From Isurus oxyrinchus (taxonomy: Eukaryota): 64,000 bases of DNA. Position numbers and translations under genes: made by a program. The DNA lies in assembly GCA_026770705.1 (NCBI GenBank), contig JANJGN010000167.1, forward strand, positions 930,001-994,000. The letters run 5' to 3'. Positions 62,501 to 64,000 of the stretch are shown here, one piece after another (position 1 is the first letter of the stretch; each line of letters begins with the position of its first letter). Below the pieces are notes generated by a model. The model searched no databases, was not told the origin of the DNA, and saw only the letters and a program-made list of their open reading frames with translations.

Positions 62501-63335
62501 GACCATCAAGGGAACGGAACCAGCACAGGACTGGTGAGTAAATCTGGATCCATCTAGCTAACTGGAACGTCCCTGCTGCTTGGGGTCGTGTAACAATGTG
62601 ATAATGTTTCTGGAGGCGCACTGAAGAGCAGTTCACCAACAATGTTTGGGCCCAGTTATCCCAGTAAGTATGTTGAAGTCCCCTCTTTGGTGGCTGAGTG
62701 AGGGAGAGCTGACAGAACTTTCTTTTCCCAGTTGGCACTTGGAGGAATGTGTTTACGATATGGAAAGTGCCGTCACGAATTGTATCACAGAAGGCTGGTG
62801 ATGAAACAGCAGCTGCATTAGCAATGTCTGATCACACAAGGGCTTAGTAGCCATGCTTAGCGAGTTAGGAGTAGCACAGTAAGTTTTTATCTTTGATGCA
62901 ATAGTGATGTGCCACAGGCGTATTATGTTGATGGAGTTTTGGGTGACAAGGTACCCAATGAGCTTTCACTGTCCTGCCGATAGTCCCACAATATATCGTT
63001 CAAAGATTTTGTGAAAATGTCCAATTGCCAGCAGTCTGGAGGGCTGCTCAGTGCAGGATGACTGGCTCTGGAGGGAATGGTGATCCAGGCGCTTTCGGAT
63101 TCCTCATACATTCTCTTGAATTTCAATTTGATGGTAGGACCATTTGCTTCATCAGGAACACTTTCTTTGGCAAACCATACATTGTAATAAAAATAATCCT
63201 CCACAATTCTCCTTGTGGGAATGTTTTTCAAAGGTATCACTTCAGTAAGCCTTGAAGACAGCTCTATTTTTGTCAGTAAGCACGGATTTCTGATTTTTTT
63301 CCTTAGGGATTGTTCCAACACAATCAATCACGAAC
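59540..63335 (-). mobile_element. Vingi/Ingi-like (I group) LINE, decayed, split by a Penelope insertion
   Basis: Shows AQAGFRKG*STCD*V..LVLLDLT, RNNILLNL|VQSRLG, HTHLVGTQLNAIIRIITATLPSTTLLWLPVLASI and a C-terminal CTSGATQIVMHIPEECP zinc knuckle. Confidence 0.75.
60196..61559. mobile_element. Penelope-like insertion as a ~620-bp-arm inverted repeat with 14-bp TSD
   Basis: Arms are about 60196-60819 and 60854-61471. TSD aagatttaataata is at 60182-60195 and 61560-61573. It encodes the GIY-YIG C-terminus PVACHFNTPPCS..VLGLLHC..QRKLEEQHLIFRLGTLQPSGLN, with hammerhead motifs at 60205-60243(-) and 61424-61462(+). Confidence 0.93.
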
Positions 63336-63361
63336 CTAATAAAAAATCATAGTAACCATTG

Positions 63362-64000
63362 GAAACATAGAAACTAGTAGCAGGAGTAGGTCATTCAGCC
63401 CTTATAGCCTGCTCCACCATTCATTATGTTCATGGCTGGTCATTCAACTCAATAGCCTGATCCTACTTTCTCCCATACAATTTGATTCCTTTAGCCCCAA
63501 GAGCTATACCTAACTCATTCTTGAAAACTTGCCAATTTTTGGCCTCAACTACTTTCTGTGGTAACGAATTCCACAGGCTTACTACTTTCTGGGTGAAGAA
63601 ATTTTTCATCATCTCAGTCCTAAATTGCCTACCCATTATCCTCAGGCTGTAATCCCTCGTTCTGGATTCTCCACAATCGGGAACATGCTTCTTGCATCGC
63701 CACTGTCTAGTTTTGTTAGAATTGTATAGGTTTCCATGAGATCCCCCCTCATTCTCCTGAGCTCCAGCGAATGTAATGCTAATCGACTCAATCTCTTCGC
63801 ATATCTCAGTACTGACATCCCAGGAAGCAGTCGGGTAAACCTTCGCTGCACTCACTCTATAGCAAATACACCTTCCGCAGATAAGGAGACCAAAACTGCA
63901 CACAATATTGCAGTTGTGTTCTCACCAAGGCCCTGTACAATTGCAGCAAGACGTCTCTGTTCCTGTACTCAAATTCACTAGCTATGAACGACAAAATACA
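63362..64000 (-). mobile_element. CR1 LINE 3' part (runs off the window)
   Basis: QRRFTRLLPGMSVLRYAKRLSRLALHSLELRRMRGDLMETYTIL and NFFTQKVVSLWNSLPQKVVEA; the tail is at 63362. Confidence 0.92.

Overview
Repeat-rich vertebrate genomic DNA. The repeat families and the gene type point to a cartilaginous fish (shark-like); this is an inference. There are four N gaps. One apparently intact protein-coding gene is supported: a two-exon, minus-strand class A GPCR of the GPR139/GPR142-like type. Exon 1 is 52821-52683, exon 2 is 31931-31033, the product is 345 aa, the intron is about 20.7 kb and there is an upstream TATA box. The rest is mostly transposon debris: CR1 (one near full length), a second CR1/L2-like LINE family, L2, RTE, Vingi/Ingi-like, Tx1/L1 ORF1, Penelope-like pieces with minimal hammerhead ribozymes, two Gypsy-type LTRs, Harbinger and SINEs. 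It also holds three tRNA-derived sequences, 70-, 68- and 32-bp satellites and a roughly 8.5-kb CA-rich tract. The most unusual signals are (i) decayed Ig-domain-like ORFs at the same position in two different LTRs, (ii) a hammerhead core variant (CUGUCGA) shared by four Penelope copies, (iii) a 32-bp satellite built on an EBF/Olf-1 consensus site near the GPCR, (iv) a long inverted duplication of a Gypsy gag start, and (v) a CCAAT cluster just past the GPCR stop codon. All calls were made by eye. Repeat boundaries are approximate unless a TSD or splice site is quoted.
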